A stretch of DNA of 63,972 bases, filler included, from Klebsormidium nitens (taxonomy: Eukaryota; Plantae; Klebsormidiophyceae): the NCBI GenBank assembly GCA_000708835.1. It is 9 parts of 9 records of this genome, joined end to end, with 100 filler letters (N's around TTAATTAATTAA, not from the genome) between each part and the next. Parts side by side here need not be neighbours in the genome. Positions count along the whole stretch, not along the records: positions 1 to 27,404 come from DF237814.1; positions 27,505 to 34,672 come from DF238312.1; 7 more parts are not named here. One strand, given 5' to 3'. The position numbers and the translations under genes were made by a program. How positions within the stretch are numbered: position 1 is the stretch's first letter; each line of letters opens with the position of its first letter. Of this stretch, positions 17,601 through 29,660 are shown in pieces. A model generated the notes under the pieces. The model searched no databases and was not told the origin of the DNA. It worked only from the letters and a program-made list of their open reading frames with translations.

Positions 17601-20600
17601 TCGCCACTTCTCTCGCGAGTTGACTCTCCTCGTACCAATCTTCGTTGAGCAAAGCTCTTCGGAAGCTTTCTGACTGCCCCCTTTAGTCAATACACAGAAG
17701 CTGCCTGTGAGCACCACTCATCAGGTTCTTCGAGATGCATTAGGAAACGATTGGGATGAGAAACCCTTGTCGGCAAGCCCTGGTCGATCACCCGCGGCGG
17801 CCGCGACTTTGTGCGGCCGCGGGCCTCAGATGGGGGCGGCCGCGCGGCCGCACGCCTCGCGGCCGCGACTAGCGGGACGGTGCCTAAAAACTCGGGCGGC
17901 GCACGGCCCCCCGGGAGGTTTCCTGCCCATCCAGCGAACATTCCTGCGTCTCCCGGGGCCGCAGCGAAAGGGCAGGGGCAGCTTGGAGCCTCAGGCCGGA
18001 TAGGAGTGCAGGAGCGCCCCCTGGCCAGTTGAAGTCACCGGGGCGGGCGCTTTAAAGTGGCCGGGGGCTGGCGCCCACGCACGAGGCCTGCGCTGTTCGA
18101 GGCGGAGTCCCCGGACGCAAAGGCGCCTCGGCGCGAAACCTGCCCGCACCACACTGAGAAGATAACGGCTCACTTAACGCATGCTGTTCAAAGTCGATAA
18201 GCACTGATTCGACGCGCAGAACTGCGCCCGAATTGGCCGCCGCTCATCAAGCTCCTCCGAAAACCCGGGAAAGGTAACAGTTGTTTTGTTCTGGATGGCG
18301 CTATCCAGGTTTAACGAGGACCGCACACCTCAAGCTAGAATCGTGTGGTCGCCAGAGAACCCAGATTCAGAAGGGCCCGGTTACATTCGTGAGAGTGACG
18401 TTGACCTTTCTTGCTCGATTTTGTTTTGTTCAAGGTTGATACTGCGGGGCAATCCCGTCATTGAACTGCAAACAGAATTACTAGGAGGACTTTGGAATCT
18501 TGCAAGGGTGACATGTCATGTGGAATGAAATTACACAAGTGTCTCTGCTCCGGGTCCTCTCATCCTCTGGCAACGGTAATCTGACGTGGCTACAAATCTG
18601 ATGCAAGTGGACATGTCCTCCTCGAAAGCTCGTCCGACTCGATCCTTGCGTGCCAAACGCCTTGACGTGCCGCCCCTTTTTTGTGAGGCTCAGAAAGAGA
18701 GTCCTACCCTTTTCCTACCAGGTTTAGTTCTGCGACTGTATTCTATTTTGTAATCTCCACTTTCCGACCTTGATCGTAATATTGGAGGCCGTTTGGGCAA
18801 TTGATCCACATGCAAGTTGATCCGCTGAATAGCCGGCCACTGTATCTAGACTTGACAACGTATCCATCTTTCAGACACCGTCAGGAAAGAAGACCTGCAC
18901 GCCTTCACCTCCCATTATTTGAAGAAAGCGGCCGCTTCTAGTTGGCCACAGTCGTGGAGAAAGCAATTGCTCGAGACAGCCGCAAGAATCGGTGAGGGTC
19001 GTCTGTATGATGCCTTGTCTTGCACTGCAACATTATAGACCGCATCTGACATTCAAAAGTGCTGCAAATCCTTGAACAAGCCTTTCTTTTGTAAATATTG
19101 TGGGGCACAGTAGTCACAGGCTTCCAAGTTACGAGCTTGAGCTTTTCAATTTTGTTCACAGTATTATGTGCGTTTTCACTTATCCTTCGAACTTGGACAA
19201 ATACAACTCGTGCTTTCGGTCTGATCCCCTCATATGCACACTCCAGGAAGGTTGGCTGGTTTCCGGCGTGTTATGCACTCCTGGAACGTCAAAAGACGCC
19301 ACCTTCGACGTCTATGCCGTCACGTATTGCGCTTGACCAAGTTGTGCTTGATTTCGTCTAGCGACTCGGACCCCAGCGGAGCTGAAGCTGATTTGAATTT
19401 TCAAGATTCGACGACTCGGTTCTGAAGCCACCCAAATCAAACTTCGTGAGTTGCTCAGGCAGATATTGTTCTCGCGGAGCAATGCCCTAGATCAAGAGCG
19501 ATAACGGACGAAAGCTTTATCTGCCATCTCATGCGCACGTGGTCCCGTTTTGGAAAGAGCCTCTCGTGCTTCAACCTTTACATCTAATCGCAGTGCACAC
19601 GACTGCATCTCAATTTTCCGGCCCAAACTCTCATCTCCTCGTTCTGATCCTGGCGCAGATGCAAAACACGGCTTGAAAACCAGTCCAAGAAATGAAGGCG
19701 CCGCCGCAACTCCACATCCTAAGGCTGACACAAATCAATTTCCGGGGGGCCTGGAAGACGGCAAAACCTTACCCCCTGCGAAGTTGTAGAAAGCCCAGAA
19801 GGCTTTAAACGCCTGAAAAGGAGATCTGTGATAACGGCAAGGATCGAATAAAGTAGCGTTGTGCAACCTGTGGTTGATAGGCACAGCTGTGAACCAGGAA
19901 ACGTGACACAGCACTTAGTGATACTGCGCGCACACTTATCACTTATTTTAGAACAACTTTTACAGCCCTGGTTCGTCTTAACCGGCGGCTTATAGCATTC
20001 TTCCTCCCGTATCGGATCTGTTCGTTATCCAGAAGCTTTAAGTCTATCGCTCGGAGTCTGACGGAACGATTCCAGTGAAGAGCAAGAGTCTCGCGCCTCT
20101 CTGCATGTACACCCAATTTGCCAATCTCATGCCCGCTTGGTTGAAGGGACTGACTCAAGCCCGCTGTAGGATGCAATTGATCAAGGAAATTTGAACTTTG
20201 CTTGTCCTTCCCCCGTGAAACGTTTTGCGCCTGCCCGGGGCATCATTTCGCTGCAGTTACAGCTGCCGAGACGTTCCGCTTAAGCGACGTCTTCCGATCC
20301 GTTCCGTTCTGCTGGTGCCTGCGGACCCCTGTTTGTTTGCCCTCGTTTGCCCTCGAGTGGATATCACTGTCAACTGTCGAGCTTCGAGCCGGCAAACTGC
20401 TAAGCGACAGAAAGCATGCGATCTGCCATTAAATAATCGCCGCTCAGTGGCGTAAGGATGACGTAATTGGAACTACCTGTTTAAGTACCCCGTTTCAGTT
20501 GCGCTGCAGCGCGCCCCGGGCTGAATTGTGCCAACGTCGCCCCCCCGAATGAGATTCGCGCGCGCGGGCGCACTACGACCGCGCTCCAATGGTAAGCCGT

Positions 20601-23273
20601 TCCGGTTGGCATGGCCGCCGTTCCGCTCTAGTTTTCCGACGGTTTTGGGATTCGTACCACGAGACGCCCAGCCGGGCCGTATTAAGTTGGAAGTTTGTTC
20701 CTTCACACAATCTCGTTGCAGGCTTTGGGCGGATCTGTTTCTTTACAGCTCGGTCTTTTCTATTTGCGGGGCCTCAGATCCATCACACCCAGCAGCTTTC
20801 TGAAAATCTGTGAGGGAGAAAACGAATCACTGCAGTCGGTGTCCAAAGTGAAAGTCCTGGTTCCGACCTCTCCCTCGCTGGTCATAGTTCTCTCTCTTGC
20901 GCTTCGTCACGCCTAATCGCAACAAGACGCAGTCATTCCGTTCTGTCGCGTGGGTTGTTTAGTTTTTTACTCAGTAGTAGGCGCGCTTTTAGCGCTTTTT
21001 TACTGCACTACCCACCGGTCGCGCCGTTCAGCTGCTCATGGGCAGCCCATATCTCGTTCCGTTCCGTTCTGTTGCGCTGGCGCTGGCAATCATATCCACT
21101 GGTACGCGTCAACTTGAAGGGCGCGCCTTTCCGGTTTTGACTTGCCATCGGCCCATTCGCCTCCGAATGTTGCGCCTTACTTGCATCAAACCATTGCAAA
21201 AACAGTTTTAGATCGGTGCCGCACTCCGCAGCCCTCTTCGTTCCGCTGCTGGGCTGCCACAAATCCGGTACACTAATCCTCTGCAACGAGCCAAAAGCAT
21301 CGTTCCGCTGAAGCGAAGCCTGAATCGTTCCATTCCGTTCGGAACGGGGTCCGCTTCCACGGCAGTGCGCATCAGTCCGCCAGTCTGCTGCACGCTCGAT
21401 CTTCGCGTTTTGTTGCGCGCACTTCTTTTACATGCGCGTTGAGCGGCTCACTTTTAACTCCCCATTCTGCCGGGTCCGCCGGTCGCCGGTCACGCTGCAT
21501 AGGGAATACCATCAGAGAGATCTGATTCGCCTTTACGCTTAAGGTCAAAAGGACAATGCTTATAATCTCCCGCATCATTTCCATACCAATTTGCCACCAT
21601 CAACCTTTCGCGAACGTCGCCGTTTTCTTCACGCAGGGCCAACGCTGCCACGAGAACATTGTTCCCCATCTCGTCTTCCGTTGTCTTCGAAGGGACTCTG
21701 GTCCCTGCCGCCAGAACCGCCAGAACTCACCACGTTCACGGTATCTTTCCCACCGATGTCAGGCGACGCTTACGCTGAATAAACGTGGACTGCCGCTCGC
21801 CCGAACCCGCCCGGTTAAGCACGTGACCCAAGATTCAAATCTAATCGCGAAGGTCAAAGCGACGTAGACGATTGCGGTTTGTCCTCTACGCGATACTCCT
21901 AGCGGCCGCGACGCGCTCCGCGCTCATGCCGACCCGGCCGCGGCGCCCGGCCGCCGGAGAGCGTACAGGTCACTCAAACCCTGAGCAGGTTACGAAGTAA
22001 CCGGTAGTGGCCCCGAGTGTCGCCAGGCAGCGCCGACACCGTTTTCAACTTTGCGGCGGCCGGCACAGCGCCAACGGGGCGCCCCGGAGTCGGGCCAATG
22101 ATATTGCGTGCGCGCGCGCGCCTATGATTAGGATCGCGAGCGGCCGCCTCGCCTTGCGCCTACCTCGCGAGGAGCCGCGCGCGCAGGCCGACCAGACGCT
22201 TGCTGCTGCAGAGTCAGCTGACTCCAAGGAGCATGAAGGAGTTGCATTACTCCATGACAGTTACTGATAACGTTTCTTCTATCGAGAAGCTCAGAAAAGT
22301 CACAATTAAGGGTGTCGGAAATTGGAACGCCCAGGACGCAATAAGCCGATTAACTTTGTGAGAGGCGTGGGACATTGGCCTAGCGGCCAAAGTCCTCCGC
22401 TGCTGAAAAATGAATATCAGGGATACATATTCTCTGTATGTCGTATAATGGCACTTGTCGAAGCTACCTTTACGCCTGGCGTTTTCCAAAATGCTGGCGA
22501 ATCAGGCTAGACGGGGCGGCGCTCCGCTCCGCGCACGATGATACTGCTCGCGCACATTTCCCTACGTTATATTGACCAGTTGGAGTGTGGTGCTAGCGCG
22601 CAGCTCGCCGGACGGCACACGGGTGACGGTACCTACTTTCCGTCAGTGAAATCTAACGTCCACAGACTGCCGACCATCCAAAGTGAAGTTCCTACTCTTT
22701 ATAACTGTCGAATTGTTATAGTTTGAAGTCAGAACTTCATCGACGACTCCCGGAGCTTTAAAAGTGCGGGCGGGTGCAGTAACAATTTCCTTAACTACGT
22801 GTATGTACGCACGAGCTGCGATAGATTCTGGGTGACAGTGCAAACAAAATCAGGCTATATGCCCGTGGATAGGACCGGAGTTGAGATCTGCCCGTATGAC
22901 TCTTTGCGTTCCTAAGATTGCCAAACGCGCTTTATTACTCTCAGGCTTGTTAGTGACGGGTTCTATCTCGTGTAGTTCACCGAGGTGATCTGTTACTTGC
23001 TCAGAGACGACGAAGCGAGCAGACACTCAAATTACAGACGCCTTGAAAAATACTCGTATACGGTTCTAAAAGTTTCAAAAGTCCGATCCGCTGGACGGAG
23101 CTGAAAGGCAAGTGCAGTGTTTGTTCAGCCCTTTCTGCATTCAACTCCTCCTCCCTCCAATCATGTGGAACTCTTTCACTCCTGGAGCGGCTTTTGCTCA
23201 CCCGCAGACCCGGATCTCTAACAAGATCTACGCACCTTTTCAATCACTCCACTTCTCAAGTCGACGCTGGAAG

Positions 23274-26200
23274 ATGGATGACGACACGGCGTCAGAAACT
23301 AGCGACTTCTCAGCGGAAGAGGAGCTGATATGGACGTGCGAAGACCTAGAAAAGGAGCTGGAGATCCTGGTGGGCCTGGATGAGCTGAAGTCTCACCTGC
23401 GGCGATGGTGCAAGGGACTGCTCCTAGATCGACAACGCCAGAAGCTAGGTCTGTCCAAAAGCGAAGACAAATCTGATGCCTCGTCTGCACTGCTAAATGC
23501 TTCCGCATGTGGGAATTCTCAAAGAACGCTTGCAAAGAAGGGACTGCTCCTAGATTGACAACGCCAGAAGCTAGGTCTGTCCAAAGCTAGTTTTGATGCC
23601 ACGACTGCATTCCTAGATGCTTTCGCCTGTGGGATTCTTAAAGAACGCTTGCAAAGCGAAGTGTCTACCAAAGTTCAAAACGGAGCTTTGTGAAACAGTT
23701 GTCCTGTTGAAGCAGCCCCAGGTAACCGTCAGGAAATGGACGCATTTGAAGGAGCTCATCTCCTCTCTGTGTTGTTTACTCCTTAGTGACAAGTCTGGTT
23801 AGGACCGTTGCTTTTGTTCAAAGGAGGTCTTCAGGGTTATAAAGTATACTATTCTATTTGAGGACAAGATTTATACTTTCACATGTGTGAAAGGAATTGT
23901 ACCTGTTGCCATAATGGTTTCCGAGATGCGCGCCTTCGACGCAGCTTTCAAAAGCTCAAGTTCTGTTTGAATGCTTCGCTCTTTGCGGGTCCTACAAAAT
24001 GGTCTGTAAGGTACGTTTGAACCTCATGTATTCGAGAAGGGTACTGAAAAGCAATCTTTCTGTCTAACGCGGGAAGCATTTTGTTTACTGTGCATGCAAG
24101 AGGGGTTGATCAACCGACATAATCAGCCACAGAATCGAGCTCTCAAAAGTGACGTAAAAATATGCGGCCTAAGCTTATCAAAAATCATACGAACGAGTTA
24201 TTTAACTATGGGTTAAAGATTACTGAGTAGCGCTCACTTCACTAATGGTTGAAGTTCTGATACTTGTTCAGGCGCGAGGGTGGAGAAGCGGATGGCTCCA
24301 AACATGGTCTTCCTTGGAAATCCTGGCACCGGGAAAACTAGTGTGGCGAGGATGCTGGCCAGAATCCTGCACAAGCTGGGGGTGCTCCGCCGGAACGTGG
24401 TGGTCGAGGTGCAGCGGACGGATCTCGTGGCGCAATACATCGGACAGACGGGGCCAAAAACTAGAGAAGCCGTAAGTCCTGGCGTAGTCACCCAACATTC
24501 AATGACTGTGTTTGTTTTCAGCAACATCTCCCCGTCGGCAATGATCCACGACTGTTTTACTTCGAAGGGTCCAAAATTTTATGTATGATCTGCCTGCATA
24601 GTTTCTTGAACGGATGGTGATCAAAGGTCCTCGAGAGGAATCATTTGCAAAAGGGTCTGGGACCTCTCTCGGGCTTGCGTGTCTTCTAGAAATGCTTATA
24701 CTGTAGACACAAACCTTTCTTAGCAATAATTTCTGCTTTTGCTCTTCGTCAGCCTGGGAGCGTCTGAGTGTGCGAATCAAGACTTGATGGTTTTGATCAA
24801 CACCTTGTACGGAAGAGTTGCACCGGTGCAAATCGTGGCTTATTTGTTGACATTTTCGAGAGCCACAATACTCCTTGAAGAATCAAAGAGATCGAAATCC
24901 TGACCTTTGTTCGCCCTCCCCGCACCCAGCCCGCACCCTAACTCACCCTGACCCCCTTTAAACACTCGCCTTATCGGCGCGAGCCAGTGACCTTGTTATT
25001 CCTCAATTGCCCACGATCCTGTTTTTCTTGTACCACTATACACGCTCATGCGATTCAACTTCGAACAAGGACCTTGAATTACAATGTCTTGATTTGTTTC
25101 GCCCTAACGGCACACTTCAAGATCGTTTCGATTGGAACGTTGCATCCTAAAACTTTAAGGACGATCTTTAAGCGGCCTGACGTCTTCAAAGTGTCTTGGC
25201 CCTGCAGCTGGAAAAAGCGCAGGGGGGAGTGCTCTTCGTGGACGAAGCTTACCGCCTTGTAGTCCCCGGCGTGACAAACGACTTTGGAACAGAAGCGCTG
25301 GAAGAGATTATGAGCCAAATGGACAGCGGCAAGCTCATGTGCATCTTCGCAGGTCAGATGCTTTTCAAAGCAGTAGGATTTCGGACGCTGCCGTCCGATC
25401 GGTTCCTGATTGATTGGATCCCTGTAGCACTGGAAAAAATAAACGACCTGGAGAGACACTCCGACTCCAAAAGGAACGTAAACGGCACTTCTTGCTAAGA
25501 GCGGCCCTCGAAAATTTTCTTGCTTCGGCTTGTATTGAGCTGGGCATTGTGGCGGACTCGGAGTTTTGTTATGACGTTAAAGCTGAACTTCTTGAGGTTT
25601 CGCATGTATCTTAAATTTCGCCTTACCGGGCCTTTGTACGTTTCCAGTGCATCGTAAAGTACCCACGACAGGAGCGCTTTCCTTCTTTGAGACAGGGTCT
25701 TGGTACATTCTACCCCGATTGCAGAAGATTTGAAACTTCGAGCTATCGTCCACTTTTGGTCCAGGTTACGAAGCGCCAATGAAGAAAGTGCTGGACTGCA
25801 ACGAAGGGTTCCGCAGGCGTTTTGGGAAGCAATTCGTCTTCAAGGACTACACACCCGCCCAAATTGCTGACATCATACTGATCAAGATGACGGGGCCGGA
25901 GACCGCCCGCTCCATACCCGGCTTCGCGCTCGCGCCTGACTGCACGCGCGCGTGCCTGGAGCGGCTGATCGACGAGCGGATTCCGGTGGCGGAGCGGCGG
26001 CAGCGGAACGGCGGCCTGGCTATGACGCTGCTGCAGGAAGCACGCGAGCGCCTGGACGAGCGCCTGGATGTGCAGTGCGCGGACCTGGCCGTGTTGCTGA
26101 CGTTGACACTGTCGGACTTTGAGGCCGCCGCTGACGGCATGATTCCGGTTGAGGCCGTTCCGGTGGCGGAACCAACAGCGGATCCAATGGACCTCATGTG

Positions 26201-26390
26201 CCAACTGAGCCGCCACATGGGCTCGGTGCTGAATCATGCGTCCCAAAGAGTCGAGATCCACAGTTCAAAAATAAATCCGGTCTCAGATTGCGAAGTTATA
26301 TCACTTGGTGACTTAGGACAGGTGTCTCTGGGCAAATACTTTTTTGATGATTATTTGAAACCCAAGCCCGGACGCGTGGTTCGCATTTGA
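23274..26390 (+). CDS. CbbX/SpoVK-family AAA+ ATPase related to the plant ankyrin-AAA protein, exons 23274-23448, 24272-24471, 25208-25352, 25765-26390
   Basis: LVGLDELK, Walker [17 protein letters not shown], Walker [21 protein letters not shown]. Splice junctions are GT-AG and in phase. Confidence 0.88.
23412..23656 (+). repeat. ~126-bp tandem duplication of the exon-1 3' end and donor site of the AAA ATPase gene
   Basis: AAGGGACTGCTCCTAGAT(C/T)GACAACGCCAGAAGCTAGGTCTGTCCAAA at 23412 and 23538; both copies end in AAGAACGCTTGCAAAG. Confidence 0.9.
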
Positions 26391-27404
26391 AGTCAAAGCA
26401 GAGCTGAAGCACACCGTTAGTGGTCAGACAGGCAACAGCAGTCAAGCTCCAGTGCCGGTCCGATTGATATATCGAAGTCTTCACGAGGAGCAGTATGTGT
26501 CAGGCAGCTACATGTAGGACTGACTCTCACAACGAATCTTGCAAATATGGTAAGGTTTCTTTCCTCGGCTTCAACTACGCGGCACGCGAGCGCCAGCATG
26601 AATTGCGCTTGAAAGTGTCTTCAGTGTCTTCTACAATATGCATTGAATCGTGTATATACACTTCAGATGATGATATAATAGAAAAATGCTTAACTGTCCA
26701 TCAGCCTTGTATGCAATCGCAAGCCCGATAGCAATCGCAATCCTTTCGCATCATTGAGACTCGGCATGACTTCAGCAGTGAATAAGGAGCAGTGATCTCA
26801 GCAATTTGAGCGCTATGATATATACAAGCGAGGGACAAGCGCTGCAGACTGAGGTGAACAAAAAGAGCAAGCGCGCCGGTCGGCCCCGGGGGGTCAGCCG
26901 TGCTGACTCCGGCGGAGGCTCCGGCTCAACCGGTTGCGCTATAGAGCGGTGCTGATGAAGAGGGAGGAGGCATCAGAGACGTAAGCAAAATCAGAGCGCG
27001 ACAGACGACGCTAGCAACTTGGAGCAGGGCTGGCGTCAGGAGAACAGGGGCGGCGGAAGCGACAAAGCGAAGTCATGAAGACGTCATCGAGATAGCCTTT
27101 CAAGCGCCCAGAGCAAGGAATGTCCACGTCAGAGTTTCAGGTCACGTAGCAAACAGTGAGCGGCTCCTCGAGAAACTGGCCGGGGTGCGCTTTTTCACGT
27201 CTGACGTTCACAGCGGGTCGGGACTGAGCGGGTCTCAGCGGGTCTTCTGATCTTATTATGAAGGCTCATGTGTAGATTACATCGGAAAGATGTTGGACCG
27301 ACCCCAATGCGTCTCCGGAATGTATCCGTGATTTTATTATAGCGGATGTGTTAAAAGAATTCAACTCCGAGGTCTTTTGGAAGTGTTTCGGCGACAATTC
27401 TCCC

Positions 27405-27504
27405 NNNNNNNNNNNNNNNNNNNNNNNNNNNNNNNNNNNNNNNNNNNNTTAATTAATTAANNNNNNNNNNNNNNNNNNNNNNNNNNNNNNNNNNNNNNNN
27501 NNNN
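27405..27504. other. Artificial scaffold linker (44 N + TTAATTAATTAA + 44 N); identical linkers at 34673, 38792, 41553, 47039, 51366, 59816 and 62277, and a 20-N gap at 31683-31702
   Basis: Identical 100-bp structure each time; the 12-mer has stop codons in all six frames. Confidence 0.97.
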
Positions 27505-28152
27505 CACATTGTCGTCGGTTTCGACAACCCACTTCACAGAATTTCGAAATTGTACAGCGCACTCGACGTGGCTGGAAACAAAACTCGAGGGCTCTCAACC
27601 GTTTCAGCACTGTCAGTGGACACATTATGTCATTGCGCTAATTTAAACTACACGCGTTTCAATCAAACCTACTCCCAATCTCTCTCCCTCCGTGTTGAAG
27701 GGGGTAAATGTTGTACCGGTGCAGCAACCCGACTAGCTAGCACTAGCACTTCACGCCGTTAGGGTAACTAGTATGAGCGACACAACTATTATCTTTCCAC
27801 TTTGCCGCAACCACTGAAGTAGTCACCGTTGGACACATCACGTTGTTGGTCGCGCTCTCCGTTATGGTCGCGGTTGTTGCGCCCACGGCCTTGGCCACGT
27901 CCTCTGCCGTGCTACCCGCCGCGTCCGCATTGGTTGTCCGAACGGCCGTTCCAACGGCAATCGTTCCGCGGCGGTCTTTGCTACGATCCTAGCGGCGCTC
28001 CTTCTAGCGTCCGTCACCTCAACCCACACAGGGGATAAAATGCGTCAGAACCTAGACAAGTTTGATCGGCGAACTCACTTTGAATGCTGAAACAAGATTT
28101 CGGCTAACCTAAAATTTAACCGGATCCGGCAACGCGCTTCTATAAAGCAGGG

Positions 28153-29660
28153 TCAGCACATTGTGGGCGAACTCACAACAAAGGGTTCAGCACATGACCG
28201 CAAATCGTCCCAAAGGAGTTCAACATTGTCACGGCGGTACGCAGAGCGTGTTTGCCCGCTTGGAGTTACAAGGAGGTGCAAACGGACCGGGGCAGGAAGA
28301 AGGTCAAGGAGGTGCAAACGGACCGGGGCAGGAAGTTCGTCAACAAAGGAATGACGGCCCTCCTCGGGAAGAGAGGGATGGTACACTGCACCACGGCGAG
28401 GCACTCTTCCGGACAAAACGGTTTCACATACCGGTTGCATGGACGCTCGAGGGAAGAGCGCGGGCTTTGCTAGAAGACACGAGGTTGGAGCCGGAATTGT
28501 GGGCGGAAACGATGGTACTGACCAACTACAACCGGGGTTCCTCGAGCGGGCACGGCAAGACGCCGTGGGAGATGTTCTACGCTCCAACGTGGAGAAAGCC
28601 AAACCTTAGCCACTTGTGGAGGGTGTTTGGAGCGCAGGCCAACATCCACGTGCCCAAGGGAAATCGGAAGAAGATGGAGCCGGTGAGCGAGCGAGGGGTG
28701 TTCTTGGGGTTTGATCTCAACTTCAAATCGTACCGAGTTCTCCGCGAGCGGGATGGAAGGTTGTTGACTTTCCGTGACATCATCGGGATGAGCGCGGGCC
28801 TTCTATGATTGTTGAGCTTGGCTCCGATCCGGGAAGGAGGAGGGAGTTGCTCGTGGCCTTGGTTGCGTGAGCTCTCCGACTTGGATGGGTGTAGCGGCTA
28901 TCTCTTCGGGGGACGCCGACATTCAGCTCGGTGTAGTTGCAACCGTTATGGGGGGGAAGCAACACCGGAAGTGAGGATTCCGTTGAGGGGACGAGTCCCG
29001 GACGAGGCTCCAAAAGAGACGGCGAAAAGATACCCCGCACGCAAAAGACGGGCGCCTGGAGAATGATACCGAGCGATTTTATTCGGCCAAAGCGCGGGAG
29101 CATTCCCAACGGATTGGGGGAGCATCCGGAGCCGCAAACGTGTTGATAAGTTGCATGGAGAGAAGAGAGCGAGCTTTGGCGGAAGTCCATGGCCGAGGAA
29201 AAGCGGTCCTTGTTGGAGAACGGCACGTGGGAGCTTGTCGAAAGACCGGAGGGGGTGAAGCCGGTTTTTATGAAGTGGGGCAACAACATTAAGCGAGATG
29301 CGCTTGAGAACGTGGAGAGCTACAAATTGCGACTCATTGGGTAATTTGCAAGAGCAAGGGATAGACTTCAGGATTTTCCCCGTGAGCGAGCACACCACCT
29401 TGCAGGTGCTCCTCGCGGTGGTCGCGGATCGCGATTTTGGAGCTGCACGAGTTGGACGTCAAGACAGCGGATCCCAACCGTAAGCTCGAGGAGGAAATCT
29501 ACAAGCAACAACCGCAAGGGTATGAGCAAGGCGGGCCCAACGTGGTTTGCCACCTCAAGCGCACCTTGAGCGGGTTTGCGCTAAGCGCCGCGTGCATGGC
29601 ACATGCGTTTGAACTACAAGCTCGGGAACTTTGAGTTCGTGGCGTCCTTGGGCAAGATTG
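28153..29660 (+). mobile_element. Degenerate Ty1/copia retrotransposon pol (integrase then reverse transcriptase), truncated
   Basis: VKEVQTDRGRKF, RTLEGRARALLED, KTPWEMFY, VFGAQANIHVPK...RGVFLGF (integrase); SMAEEKRSLLENGTWELV, ELDVKTA, LEEEIYKQQPQGY (RT). Multiple frameshifts. INT before RT is the copia order. Confidence 0.9.

Noticed and set aside
17700-18200. RNase MRP/P or telomerase RNA candidate (GAGTCCCCGG, CCTAAAAAC)
   Set aside because: No complete P4 pairing, proper template or Pol III promoter could be identified; kept only as a GC island.
27449-27460. TTAATTAATTAA as a biological motif
   Set aside because: It is always centred in 100-bp N blocks; an assembly linker.
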